Positions 1 through 13,140 of a DNA stretch of 64,000 bases are shown one piece after another. Numbering within the stretch: position 1 is the stretch's first letter; every line of letters starts with the position of its first letter. The position numbers and the translations under genes were made by a program. The notes beneath the pieces were generated by a model. It saw only the letters and a program-made list of their open reading frames with translations, ran no database searches and was not told the DNA's origin. Location: assembly GCA_012295275.1 (NCBI GenBank), contig CM022667.1, positions 5,766,001 to 5,830,000 of the forward strand. The letters are read 5' to 3'. Source of the stretch: Chrysomallon squamiferum (lineage: Eukaryota; Animalia; Mollusca).

Positions 1-685
1 ATTCTACTCTCTTCATTGCCAAAATATGAATGTTGTTAAACATTACCAATAATTTGTTCTGTCTGCTAATATTTTGGGTTTTGTGAACATTTCATTTGAG
101 ATAGAAAATAATATAATTAAAATAAACTTCTTTTGAGTTTTAAAAAAGACAAAAGAAAAGACAACATTAAGCACAATGATCTTGTTACATAATATCAGAT
201 GGGCAGACATCATTTGCATATGAATAAATACAAGTTTCTGGTGCCCTGATTTCATTTGTTCAAGATAAAATTCATTCATTTGTGAATGGCTTTTAATAAC
301 TGTTTTGTTTGCAATCAGTCTGTTTTTGTCAGGAGGAATTGCCGAGCGATGGTTGTTCTTTATGTAACACAGAACATGCAAGAGTTTCCCCTTGATGTGA
401 ATGTCAAGCTTTATCTACCAATCAGATCGATATATTTCTGATGTTGATCATTTCTGTATATCTCTGTAATAAAGAAAAAGTCATGAAAATCATCAAACCT
501 ACAAATTTATTGATCATGCCTAATTCTATTTCGTATATATTAACATTGCCATATTTGAATTAATGTTAACTGGTTTTCATCATAATCAATTTCATTAACT
601 GTTTTTCGCTGTTGGATAGTGTATGTGGTTGAGTTTAGATAAATTTATTGATACTGAAGTACATAATTTTGTTCTTTCTACAGAA

Positions 686-755
686 ATGGTTTTCCACTGC
701 ACTGTCCTCCTCTTTGCTGTGATCACTGTTCTCTTCACCTCGGTCTCAGTTGAAG
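686..755 (+). CDS. Gene A signal-peptide exon
   Basis: ATG at 686, 23-aa hydrophobic leader ending SVSVEG, phase-1 donor GAAG|gtgagt. Confidence 0.8.
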
Positions 756-3700
756 GTGAGTGTGTTCCACGTCAGTTACATATATAAAGCTGTTTTTTAC
801 CGAATAGTAGGAATTTTTTGTAAGCTGATTTTGGCAGTTTACAACAATCACCTAATAGAAACTTTTCTCAGTGGTTGAAAATTAATTATTTCGTGATTTT
901 ATCTGTTCAAAAACATTTTACTTTGAATGAGTAAAATCACATATTTACAGCTAAATAATATAAATTGTCTGCAACAGTTCAAATCTGAGGTGCTAATTTT
1001 TAAACAATAAAACATAAATGATGATGAATGTTGATGCAATTAGTTGAGCATTTCATCAACAGGAAATGTTTATCAGTATAAAACAAATGCACTGTTTTAA
1101 ACATCACAGATTTGACCCAAGTTAAAGGATTTATGTGGATATACGTTTGATTAAAAATCACTTCTTGAAAATGGGCAGCTATATTGCAGTTGAAAAAACA
1201 ACAACAGAAGGTAGATAAAATACTAAGGAAATTGGTGTATTAAAGAGTTTCTACCACTTATGAACAAAAATTTAAGTTTTGAGTTTGTTTTTAATATCAA
1301 GTAACCATATGTCACATATTTTACTATTACTTGTAACTAAGAGCTTATGGAATGTAAAAAGAAGAAAATGCTTTATTTGTTTGGTGATAAAGACAAGCAT
1401 CTTTTCATCCAAGCAGTCATCATACCTTGAACTTCTTAAATAATTCCCATAGCTCTTAACACCTTGCAGTCTAAATTTCAAAATTGTCAAATTTAAACAA
1501 ACCAAATATCGTAAAATATTATAACAATTTGAAGTCTGTGGCGAAACTGTTTAATGTTTATTACGAATATTTTTGCATCATAACACATCTGGTCTGAAAA
1601 CCGACTCATACTCCCAGTTATAGGATGTTTTGACTCACCTTGTACTAATTATATGTACCAATTGTTATTTCAAGTAAGAGGTCCATGAAATAATGTTGAT
1701 ATAAAAAAAAGACAGTTTAAAAACTTTCTCTGTACAGTTTCTATGGGAATCATGCTGTTATCTGTTCACAGTTCATAACACACAGTAAAAATTGATGAAA
1801 ATACCTAAATGTCAGGTCTTATGTGAAACTGATCTTATTATATGCATATATAACATGTGTGTGCAAACTGCCTCCATTGGTGACAGAGGTCATCTCAATG
1901 ACAAAAGTTGCCATCAAAACCCAGAATATTTTCTGGGGTCATAAACACAATAACCTGATTCACATGAGATCTTTTGGTCAAAGTTATCCATTTGTATAGA
2001 TTTTATAACAAACTAATTGATAAACAACTGTTTCTATATCACCAAGTACCACAGAAATGTCTGGCTGCCTGTGACTAGCTGTCCATGTGGGAAGATCGTG
2101 CGACAAACTGATGGAATAGCTGAACAAAAATGCATTGCTTTTCTCTTGTGAATTGGGGGTTGACAATAAACACAGTTTTTGGAAACTTGTATAAACATTA
2201 ATTGAGATGGCTGTGATAAATTAGTTTACATAATTACATTTACAGTAAATATTATATTTACAAGCCTATACATGTAGGGTCCAAGACAGAAAATGGTAGG
2301 CTGCAGGTAATGACAACATTATAATAAAATTTTTGTTAAATACTTTCACAGCTTTTGGCATTAATATAAAATGTCTTTTTCAAGATTCTGCTTTATTAGA
2401 AACACAATATTAGTGCATTCATGTATATATTTACATACATAGGGTTCAAGCTTTACTCATTTATTTATCTATACCTATCATTCTCTTTATAAACAAATAA
2501 AATTGTCTTTTACAGGTAAAGCAAGTACATATATAGATTGCTTGGATGCACCAAAGGAATGGCAAGAGACAAAATTAACCTGTAAAGTGTCTGGAACAGT
2601 AATAGTTGGAATAAAATATTTACGTCCAAATTCTGGAAACCCAGAAGAAATTTTGTTCTGTAATGTAGATACAACTGATTGTGACACTGTTGGGAATAGA
2701 CCTGGATATAGTTATGTATTACACTCGTCTACACAAATCACACTTATTATAAAGTCTTTTAACAAAACTGTTGATGAAGGAACATGGAGCTGTATTGATG
2801 GCATACCTCCTGGTATTGGTAATACTACTTGCAGCAAAATAACTTCAAGTAAGTTGATATAAATTATATAAAATATATTCTATGTGATAAACAATTTCAG
2901 CTGTGTAATTGTCTGTGTGTGAAGGTGCTAATGGCAATTCCATCCAAATGTCACATTCTCATGATTTGAGAGAAAAAAGTTATGAAAATAAACATTTATT
3001 TTTGCTGCAATAAACTTTTATCAGATTCCAATTGAAAATCTAGGCAGTTTTATATTACAAAGTTAGTTATATCTCAAGTACACCATCCAGATGTCTAAAA
3101 AGTGCTGTTCTCAGAACATCTGTACAAAATGACATAATTTTACCTTATGCATGTTCATAAACTGAATCTCCACCTAAAGGTTCTGTTAAGAATTCCTAAA
3201 AATAAGACTATTATTTCTTCATACAGTTTCAAACAGAAGCTAGTTAAAAGCTGCCAGTGTTAATCCTGCAAATGTGTCAGGTTGACTGCTTGATATGTGT
3301 AATATTTCAGAAAATAATTTCTTGACATATTGTCTGACAAGAAATATCCATCATTTATTCATTAATTTCATAGAAACTGATGCAAATGTAAACACATCTT
3401 CTAAAATGCAATTATTATTTATCATCTTTTATTTAAAAAAAAGAAAGAAAAATATATGTCTTATTGAACAATAAAACATACAAAAGAAGTAGAAAACTAA
3501 AGGCCAGTTATGGACTTCCTGAAATATTTAGGTCACACACATACACATACACATTGTTTTATTTTTTATTTCATCGTTTGAATTCTTCTTAACTGTTAAC
3601 TTTTTTTTTTAGATGAAGTTAGGCAAATATGTTATTCTCAGCCATTGTTTAACAGCATATAACATGTTTCTTAATTAGATGTTTATTATAGTTGTATTTC

Positions 3701-4738
3701 TTTTTTCTGTACATTATTTCAAATTAAAAATTAAACTGCTTGTGCTTAGAGTGTCAAATAAATTTTCATTTACAGTTCAAGCTCTGTCTCTTGTTTTCTT
3801 TACTTACATTTATTTAGAATCAGTTTTCAAAGGTTATTAAATTGAGCAATTGGTTGTCTTTAAAGAAACTGAATTGTTTTATGATTGACAGAAAGTACTT
3901 TTATGATGATAAATAAAGCAAATTTAAGTTTTTTTCATCAGGAGATTTTTGGTTTCAGAATCTTGATTTGCAGTAAATTATTTCACTTTATTCTTTGTTT
4001 TACTGACATTTCTCAGCTGGAGATACTGAGAGATATGGACGTTGTAAAAGCTACATACTTGAAATTCAATAATTTTGTAGAACTAAATTAATTGCCATTA
4101 ACATTAAAATGTCACTCATCAGTCAGAAGATTTCCATTTATTGCTAACATTGGGTGACTTTGAGAAGAGGAAACCTATATACTTTGCTATATATTTTAAA
4201 TTAGTTTTATACTTTATGTAATTTATTACCTTATGAATGTTTAAACTGCCTGTTTTTTTTTTCTCTTCTTCTTTCATTGAACAATATAGGTACAACTACA
4301 ACATCAAAACTTGGTATGTCATTTTATGAATATCAGGTGATTTCATGACAGTGGTAAAACATACAATTCATTTTCATTTGTTCTTAAAATGATTGTACTT
4401 TCACTTCTTGCATCACCAAGAGTTTTTTTCTTTATTCATACAAAATGATTATGATATCAACAATTTTTTGCCATTCTCACATCTTGATATTATTCTTTTA
4501 TATATTTTACATACAAATCATCACTAAATACATTTTAACAGTTAAAAGTAATACAATTTAGTGTGTGTGTGTCTGTCAGATTACTGCTATTACTTGTTGT
4601 TAGTTATGTACAGTAAATAAATGATGATAATTTATTGGTTAGAAATTAATTTTTTAAAACTGTTATGAAATGCTAAGTTCAAACTCAGTATATCTGCTTC
4701 TCCATGTTTTCTATTTCTCTCAATGTTTCTTGTGTTAG

Positions 4739-4798
<60 letters not shown>

Positions 4799-7700
4799 GA
4801 TAGAAGAAACAATAAGGTAATAATAGAAAAGTTCTTGATATGACTAAATACAGAACTGAAAAACACAGTGATACTTGTATTCATGATATTGATTGGTATT
4901 TTAAAAATGCTGTAATGTATTTTTCAGAAATACTATATTCATCTTCAGACAAATATAGAATACTTCTTTTACAAAAATTTCGCATTCCATGATACTTGAA
5001 TGCAATTTGACTAGAACTAAGTACATATTTCATTTGTTAAATTTGACTTAAAATGTAAGTAACAAATTGAATTAATACATTATCTCAAACGTTTTCTGAA
5101 ATATATGAGCTTAATCAGCACCAAATAAATCCATCGGTATTTTATCAAATCTGCCATTAATACTCAGATTTAAAAAATTGATTTTTACAATGTCATATAG
5201 AGTACATGAATTACAGACAACAAAGCTTACAATGTTTGAAATGTTACTTTTATCAATAGTACTTCTCTTCATTGTCCCAATGAATTTTCACCCTTTATAT
5301 CATTTTTTCTTTATTTCATATCTAAACTTTGTCATTTCTGATATTCTTTTTTCAGTAAATAATAATTTTCTTCTTAAAGCAGACAAGATACAGAAATATT
5401 ATAACCTTCCGTAATTATTAATATGTTTAAACTAACAAACTGCCTGTGTTTTTGTTTTTTTAATTAAATCCATAATCTCAAGCCTTAAGAACATTATCTG
5501 TTTTAATAATAGTTTTCTTTTCTTTCCTGCTTCCTTGTTTCTTTATGAAACATTATTTAACAACTTACTCGGGACTGTCCCGTTTAATTTAAGATTTGCT
5601 TTCTAAAATTCACTGAATAAAAATTTCAATATGCTTTCTCAGTCTGTGCTATTAAAACTACCATTAACCACAGGAATCATAGGAAATAGTTTTATGAAGT
5701 TATTAACTGAAAACAGTGATTTCCTTCTAAACAGATAATGATTTGTAGAAATGTTTAACTTCCATCCTAAAATAAATAACAGATGTTTTTGAAAAATATG
5801 GTCACAGCTGTATTTGAACACTGCTCTTCTTTCAGTAGACATTGGCCATATATATGATTTCACAAACTTTAACCATTTATTTCTTTCTTAATATTTACTT
5901 ATTTATTTACTTATTATTATTATTACTGTTGTTGTTGTTGTTGTTGAATTTCAGATACAAATATCATAAACTTTCTTAACCAGTACACTTCAGTTATTGA
6001 ATTTATATTAAAACAAAATTGACCATGTAGAGTATATCAGCAGATGTTGTTTTATTGTCATAACTTGGATAGACTTTTGTTCTCATTAGACTTATTTCTT
6101 ATTTAGAACTGATTTTCAAAGGTTATATGTATGATACGTTTTTATTTCAATTTCATAAAACCAGCTCAATACAGAAGTTCCTATAGCTGTGAAGTATAAT
6201 TAATATATTCATGAAATTTTTCATTTTAAAATAGAAAGTATTAGAGACATATCATCTTATTTAAAATAGTTTCTTTCTAAAGAAAAATTGCTGGTTTATT
6301 TTATTATTTTATTTATTTATGTATTTTTCTAAAAATAAACAACTGCATGACTCTGAGCATGTGATTTTGTGTTTGTTATTTAGTAGATTTTACACCTGAC
6401 TTTTACAAACATTTACTTAAGCACCATACATGGAGATTTCATGTTTGTATATTTTGTTTCTTTGTATACAAATATTTTGCTTAGAAGTTGAAATCTAGAT
6501 TTACACCTGACTTTTACAAACATTTACTTAAGCACCATACATGGAGATTTCATGTTTGTATATTTTGTTTCTTTGTATACAAATATTTTGCTTAGAAGTT
6601 GAAATCTAGATTTATGTTTATACTAATTTTCAGTAAATAGAAACTCGAAACAAGAAACACACACACACATACATGACATAGTGATACAAAATGCCCTAGA
6701 AAAGAATTTAAAAAAAGAAGAAAGAAACAACAACAAGAAAAACAAAAATAATAATAACAATAATAATAATAATAATAATAATAATCTTTTCATTTTGAAT
6801 TTTTATTTTCAGTGTCATAGGTCAAACCACACACAGAACTAATCATTGTCATCATATCTTAATACATAAACTGTATTTTATTTGTCAATATAGAAATGTA
6901 TTAATTTAATATAATTTAAAATAATCTTTAGCATAGCATGTCAGCTATATTACTACTTCATTTTAGTGATAAGATATTTTAACGAAAAATAATAAAGTTC
7001 ATTACACTGACCTTATGAGTGAAATATTGTGAATTTAGAAACAAATTATGAATATATATCACAGAACTGTCATTTTATTTTGCAAATTATTATAAGAAAA
7101 ATAATTATTAATGTAAATTTAATTTACTGTACAGTGATTACTATTCTGCTACTACTATTCTTATTTATTTATTTATTTATTTATCCCAGTGAAATTTTAC
7201 ATCAAGTTTTATTATATATGATTAGAATTTTTAAACATTCAAATTGTTGCTGTTGAAAAATAATCTCACTGATTAATGAAAACGTTCCTAATAAAACACT
7301 TTAAAACACAGCTTCTAGAACACACATATAATGCTATATATCCCAACATAGTAAAATGTCAGTTGCTAGCATAAACACGCGACCCACATGTTAACTAAAA
7401 CATCTAAAAGTTTCAGAGGTGCAATATATTTTGTTTAGCCACAATATAGATTTAAAACATGCATACCTGCACAGATAATTGATACAATGCCTTACAATGT
7501 ACATTTTCTACATGTATACACTTTTCTGAGACCAAAAACTCATCTTTATAGTCAAAATCCACATGACATTTTTGAAGGAATTCCTGAAGGATATGAAAAG
7601 ATGCCAAATGGCACATCATGTTCTACACAATCAGGCCGAAAGGATCAACAATACGAATTTTATGAACATTGGCCTAATAGTTTCTCAGATATGTGGGATC

Positions 7701-7939
7701 CCTATCAACAAAGTATACCAAGTTTCATAAAAATCGGATACAGCTGGGTTTAAAATTATTATTATTATTTGTAAATAAATAAATAATCCTATGCATTAAA
7801 GGTATATTTAATTGAGAATGTTATTCTGCTCTGAATTTAACAGATCACACAGCACTTAAGACAGCACTTGCCACCCGCACCAGACCTATAGTATGGACAA
7901 TTACTGTGTGCATTATTTGGTGAGTCTCTCTCTCTCTCC

Positions 7940-8037
<98 letters not shown>

Positions 8038-8430
8038 GTCTGAGTTGTATGTTTCTTTAAGTTGCTTTCTTTATTTGTTGTTGGTGTTGTTTCAAAACCG
8101 AACTTATTTTAATCACCCACTCAAGTAAATATGTTTTCACAACTTCTGTCTGAGACAAAAGTAACGAAAGTTTTATATGTATCTGACTAAACGTTAATTT
8201 GATTTTGTCAGCTAATTATATTTCTTGTATATTATTCATTGCAGCTTGGAGATCATCAGTAGTGATTTATTTTCTCAGTACTGAGATCAGTGCTGGAATT
8301 TCCTTAACAAATTGACTGTTGCTTGTTTCTGTGATTCGTTTTAAATAATATTTAACAAATTAATTAAATTAATGTTTTTTCATTAATTAATTGATTCTTT
8401 TTTATTTGTTGAAGAGGCTTCTCAGAATTT

Positions 8431-8470
<40 letters not shown>

Positions 8471-9631
8471 ATTATGCATAATCATTTCTTCTTCTTCTCC
8501 TTTTTTAAAAAATTTTAATGTTAATTTTATATATATATCATTCTTTATGGAAATTGTTCTTCTCACACAACTTGCTCATGTTTCACGCATGTTTCACTTT
8601 CTGGCTTGTTTTAGAGTTTCTCTTTCAGTAACATCTTGGTTTATCAGAAATGTGATGTTGAATATGTTCATTTACTTTATTTACTACCTCATTTGGTTTT
8701 GATATTTTAGTTATGATTGTTGTTAAGCTTTATTCTCAATGAATACCAGCTAGTTTTCAAGTAAGTCCTATAAGTGAATACATATAATATTGCTATCTTG
8801 AAATTTGTTCTTCTTATGTTGTCTGTTGCAATGGTTACATAGGAAATGTCTGCTGATGAAAAGTGTTTGAGTAACCAATATTTATTTTTGTTTTCTTTTG
8901 ATTTGTTTACATTTTTGTCCTGTTTGGTTAGTAAATTTAATATTCCAAAATATATCTATCCATATGTTATTAGGAACTATGCTTATAAAGTTGCTATTAT
9001 TCACCCATTTAAAGCTTGGGCTAATATAATTGTATCTATGATAGTTCTTCTTTCTTTAAGATTAATATGATAAATATTACTTTATAATTACATTATTAGT
9101 TGATTATGATTACATAATTTTCATAATTATGTAAATGTTCTCGTGGTTAGTTATAGTAACTGTAATTTATAATATAAAAATACAATAGTTTTTGAAAAAG
9201 TATATTGTTATAGTTATGTAATTATTACGATACGACTTGGTTATGATTACGTAATTTTCATTAGATCATAACTAAGTAAATGTGTGCAAGGTTAGTTATT
9301 GTGACGAAATGTAATTTATAACAGAAAAATGTTATAGTTTGTGAAAAGGTATTTTCATTACATACAAATAGTCATAATAACATAACCTTAAAATGTTATA
9401 CAAGAAATGCAGACGTCTGTATGTTGATATATTGGGTATTGAATCATTTCGTTATTTCATTGTTTACTTCATTATTATTATCTTTTTTTTTTAATATGTA
9501 TATATGTGGTTTGTGTGTACTTGTGTGTCTGTATGTGTTTGTGTATGTGTGTGTTTTAGTTGTTTTTTGTAGTGTCCACGTTGTGTTGTTTTTTCCTTTG
9601 ATTCAGTGTTTTTATTTACTGCAGAACGTAG
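686..9631 (+). CDS. Gene A: small IgSF protein (signal peptide, one 6-Cys V-like Ig domain, Thr-rich stalk, short hydrophobic anchor); 3' end uncertain
   Basis: Exons with GT-AG and matching phases: 686-755 (MVFHCTVLLFAVITVLFTSVSVEG), 2516-2848 (Ig), 4290-4313 (24-nt micro-exon STTTTSKL), 7844-7919 (DHTALKTALATRTRPIVWTITVCII), tentatively 9607-9631 (CVFIYCRT*). The ATG exon has an upstream acceptor (cag 681-683), so the 5' UTR exon lies further upstream and was not located. Confidence 0.7.
2516..2848 (+). CDS. Gene A V-like Ig domain exon
   Basis: ttttacag acceptor, A|gtaagt donor, phase 1-1; B-strand LTC, E-strand TLII, F-strand DEGTWSC, plus 4 extra Cys (ORF 2503-2862). Confidence 0.85.
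4290..4313 (+). CDS. Gene A 24-nt micro-exon (Ser/Thr stalk)
   Basis: Pyrimidine tract ...atatag|GT ACA ACT ACA ACA TCA AAA CTT G|gtatgt, phase 1-1, encodes STTTTSKL. Confidence 0.55.
6384..6614. repeat. Direct tandem duplication, 111-bp unit x2
   Basis: TACACCTGACTTTTACAAAC... at 6391 and 6502, essentially identical. Confidence 0.9.
7844..7919 (+). CDS. Gene A juxtamembrane/first-half-of-anchor exon
   Basis: ttaacag acceptor, TG|gtgagt donor; only the phase-1 frame is open; paralogous exon at 18411-18474. Confidence 0.7.
7925..8032. repeat. (CT)n microsatellite abutting the splice donor of the anchor exon
   Basis: Direct reading; the equivalent tract follows the paralogous exon at 18480-18631. 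Confidence 0.95.
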
Positions 9632-10640
9632 ATGATATTTATGGAATTGTGGAAAAATCTAAGGTATAGATTCAAAATCTCAACGAAAGAACAACAGATT
9701 TTTATCTGTGGTAAGAAAAATGAATTAAATTACTTATCCATGTTAAGTACGGGAAATACTAATAAAAATACTTTTCGCTTTTAACAGATTTTTCCTGAAA
9801 TAATAGTCCAATCTGTATCGAATACTCTCGATGTATATCTAATGTATATTGTATAGTTTTACAATATAAAACAACAAAAACAGAAATAAAAAATGGCTTT
9901 CTATTCTCCTTGCCCTGTCTAATTTCGTTAATGATTTTTAGAAAGTAAAAAATAAAAGGATATTTCAGAACAGAATCATATAAGAAGGAACCTTCATTTA
10001 AAATGTATATTGGAGTGTTTATGACTATTTATATAGAAAACGACTCTTTCCATTATGATAGTAACAGATTTGTATTCAAACTATTTGGCAACAAGCAAGG
10101 TAGTCTGATCTCCTTGAAATACCCTCGATGTATACCCAATATTGGGTTCAAAGGAGCACACACTAGTCTTTGTGTATATTTATATCAAAAAATTAACCTT
10201 CCCGTCATTATGGTAAATTACAACTAAAATTTTTATAAATCTTGTGTATCAAAATAAATAAATAAACAAAATTCATATTTAATTCTTGTAAAACAAAAAT
10301 CAGTAGGAATTATTTTATATTTCTTACATTGTCAAGATTATTCTCATTTTAGGAAAGTCTAAAACTGTTTAATAATAAAACAATAAAACAAAATTTATGA
10401 TTAATTTCTCAACAATTTAAGCCTGATTTACTTCTGCATCAACAATATCATTTTGATATCTTAATATTATGGGTAATTTAAAAATAATTATAATAATGTA
10501 TATACACAGACACGCACAAATATAAACTTTTAAATAAACTAAAATTCAAGAATTCTCCACTTCTGATTGATTTTTGTTTCTGTTCTTGTTGTTGCTATGT
10601 TCTTGTTCTTTTTGTTCTTGATGTTATTTGCTTGTTTCAG

Positions 10641-11366
10641 ACAGTTTAACACTGGAGTACAGGAATCTTCTCTCTGTGATGATCTTCAACAAAATCAAGG
10701 TCAGTATATACATACAAAGTGCAACAGGTTAAAGTTTCTGTGATGCTGATCAGTTAAATGAGAAACACGCTGTACGCCTGTAATTTTTGTTTTCAAAATT
10801 TCTAAGAAATCATGTACAGAAATACAATGCCCTTTTTGGTCGTATTACAGTAATATCGTCTTTATTATCAGTAAAGGATGTGATCAGAATTCACGGTAAA
10901 ATATAGCTTGAAAAGGTAAAAAATAAAGTTCCATTGATACATTTTAATAAGAAAGAAAATAATCGGTGAAAGTGTACAGCTTGGTTATTACATGTTAACA
11001 GTAACTGTGATAAGACGTAATTTATATAAAAGTAATGTAAGTATTATTTTGTTTTGTCATTAATCTTATATAAAAACAACGAAAGCAACACAACGTGCTA
11101 CTACTGCTGCCTGTGTTGATATTACTATTATTTTTATTTTTATCCTATTAGTAATACTGTGATAACTACAGTTCCAGTTTAATGTGTAACTCTGTAATCA
11201 AGACTATTTTTCAGATACTGACAGAAACACGGATACTACAAACAATTACTCATCACTGGAAGCTAGAAAAGACTCACCACACTCTGAACTCACTGTGTAT
11301 GAAGTCACAGGCTCAACTCAGATGTTTTTGATTGTGTCTTGTATTTCATATTTGCTTATTCAATGA
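10641..11366 (+). pseudogene. Two cytoplasmic-tail exons (10641-10699, 11215-11366) homologous to the gene C/D tails, with signalling tyrosines lost; link to gene A uncertain
   Basis: QFNTGVQESSLCDDLQQNQ / DTDRNTDTTNNYSSLEARKDSPHSELTVYEVTGSTQMFLIVSCISYLLIQ*; splice sites intact and same phases as in C and D. Confidence 0.7.
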
Positions 11367-11781
11367 ACCTGAACTGATGTCTGACATTTGATGATATCTT
11401 CAAATTATAATTAAGTAACATCCATACAAATAACCTGAATTTCGTGTGCATTTGAGTGAGAGAGAGATGGATAGAGAGATATAGAGAGATAGATATATAT
11501 TTATTATATTTGGAATTAAACAATGTATACACACTTATGAACTCTAGTACAGTATTACACGAACAGACTTCGGTGTGTGAAAAAAAAAATAATAATAATA
11601 AATAAATAAACAATAAAATAAAGAAACGAAGATAAATGAATGAATGAAAATTGTGCCACTTCATGATTTTTTGTATGCTCTTATACGTAAAATGAAACCA
11701 TATTTATACTTAAGTCTGAATAGTAATATATATTTAACAATATAAATATAATGTCACCTTTTGTCGGTATTTGGGGTTTAT

Positions 11782-11981
11782 NNNNNNNNNNNNNNNNNNN
11801 NNNNNNNNNNNNNNNNNNNNNNNNNNNNNNNNNNNNNNNNNNNNNNNNNNNNNNNNNNNNNNNNNNNNNNNNNNNNNNNNNNNNNNNNNNNNNNNNNNNN
11901 NNNNNNNNNNNNNNNNNNNNNNNNNNNNNNNNNNNNNNNNNNNNNNNNNNNNNNNNNNNNNNNNNNNNNNNNNNNNNNNNN
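11782..11981. other. Assembly gap (200 N)
   Basis: Run of N; true distance and contiguity between gene A and gene B are unknown. Confidence 1.
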
Positions 11982-12899
11982 CTGGAATGTTGTTACTGAG
12001 TTATGCATGTCACATCACACAACATTTGAATAATATTGTCATGGTATTAAATAATTATGCTCTTGATCTGTGCATTTGACCTCATGGAACTGGTGACCTT
12101 GAAACAAACCTAATTTACAGTTTTGTCAAAATGTATTTTACAAAATGTATAAAAGATATAGATGTAGTCACATAAATAATGCTTAGAATGACTTTTCCTA
12201 TTTGATATTTATAATTGATATCATTTCAAGTGGCATGTTAATGTGTGTTCAGTTTGAAATTCCATTATTTACCTGATCTTATGATCTGTTATTTATTTGT
12301 ATCTGTGCTTTTGTTTCGCTTGTTTATTTATAATGTTTTGATCTATAAGTAATAGAAAAAAATAGTTTTGTGGCAGAAACATTACAATTAATAAATTTAC
12401 CAAAACAACCAGAAACACAAATAATTCTTAGAAAAACAACTCTCCTTAATAATACAGTCTACTAATAAATGTTTAATGCATCTGAAGTATAGCTTTTTTA
12501 TTTATTTGAAAGTAAGTTGATATAAATACATTTTTATTATCAAAACATGTTACTGTAATTATCTAACTAAGATAGAAAATCTGCAAATCCAAGTATATGA
12601 AATTAAGGTTTAAATATTTATAAGTAAACTGGAAAAAAATAAAATGAGAGATTAATTAATATGACAACATTCTCGAGGTTTGTGTGAATCATACAGCAGG
12701 TTGATGTTCCAAAACTAGGTATTACTGGGAACTCAGTCATGCTAACTGAACGTTTTGCTGATATATTTTTATGTTAATATACTTCCTGGAAAATCCTGAC
12801 CTAGAACTTCAGCACATCGGCAGGTATTTTCATGCTTTGATTGTGACACAGCTATATCCACTGCATCAGCACTTTCTCCAAGTCTTCACTTTACCCATA
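11982..12899 (+). pseudogene. Duplicate of gene B intron 1/intron 2 (15192-16396) with the V exon deleted
   Basis: Aligns by eye to 15192-15617, then jumps at ~12506 to the last bases of the exon (TGAAAGTAAGTTGATATAAAT = 16005 onward). Confidence 0.85.
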
Positions 12900-13140
12900 A
12901 ATATTCCTATTGTCACCATTGTGAATCATGAAACATCTTCTACCAGGCAATTCCTTCCAAGTACTCTGCCAGTTCGTACCTCCATCCTCTTGCTTGTCAT
13001 CCTCTACATCGTTGCCCTTCATAGGTTTTTTAAGTCTTGATTATTTACTGAAGTGTCCAGCCCAGGACCACTTCCATCTTCTAACATGTTCAGTCACTTT
13101 TCTGATTTCAGCTTGCATCATTGTTTATTTTTCACTCAGT
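12900..13140 (-). mobile_element. Degenerate RTE-like LINE reverse-transcriptase C-terminal fragment
   Basis: Minus strand reads RWKWSWAGH followed by a degenerate GR..R.R...RW..EL region, typical of RTE-clade ORF2 ends. Confidence 0.6.

Noticed and set aside
9421-9669. Hydrophobic ORF ending NVDDIYGIVEKSK as a TM plus tyrosine-motif exon
   Set aside because: Hydrophobicity comes from GT-rich low complexity; the DIYGIV frame is phase 0 at both ends and does not fit the phase-2 neighbours. Left unresolved.
11751-12079. ORFs spanning the N run
   Set aside because: Artefacts of the assembly gap.
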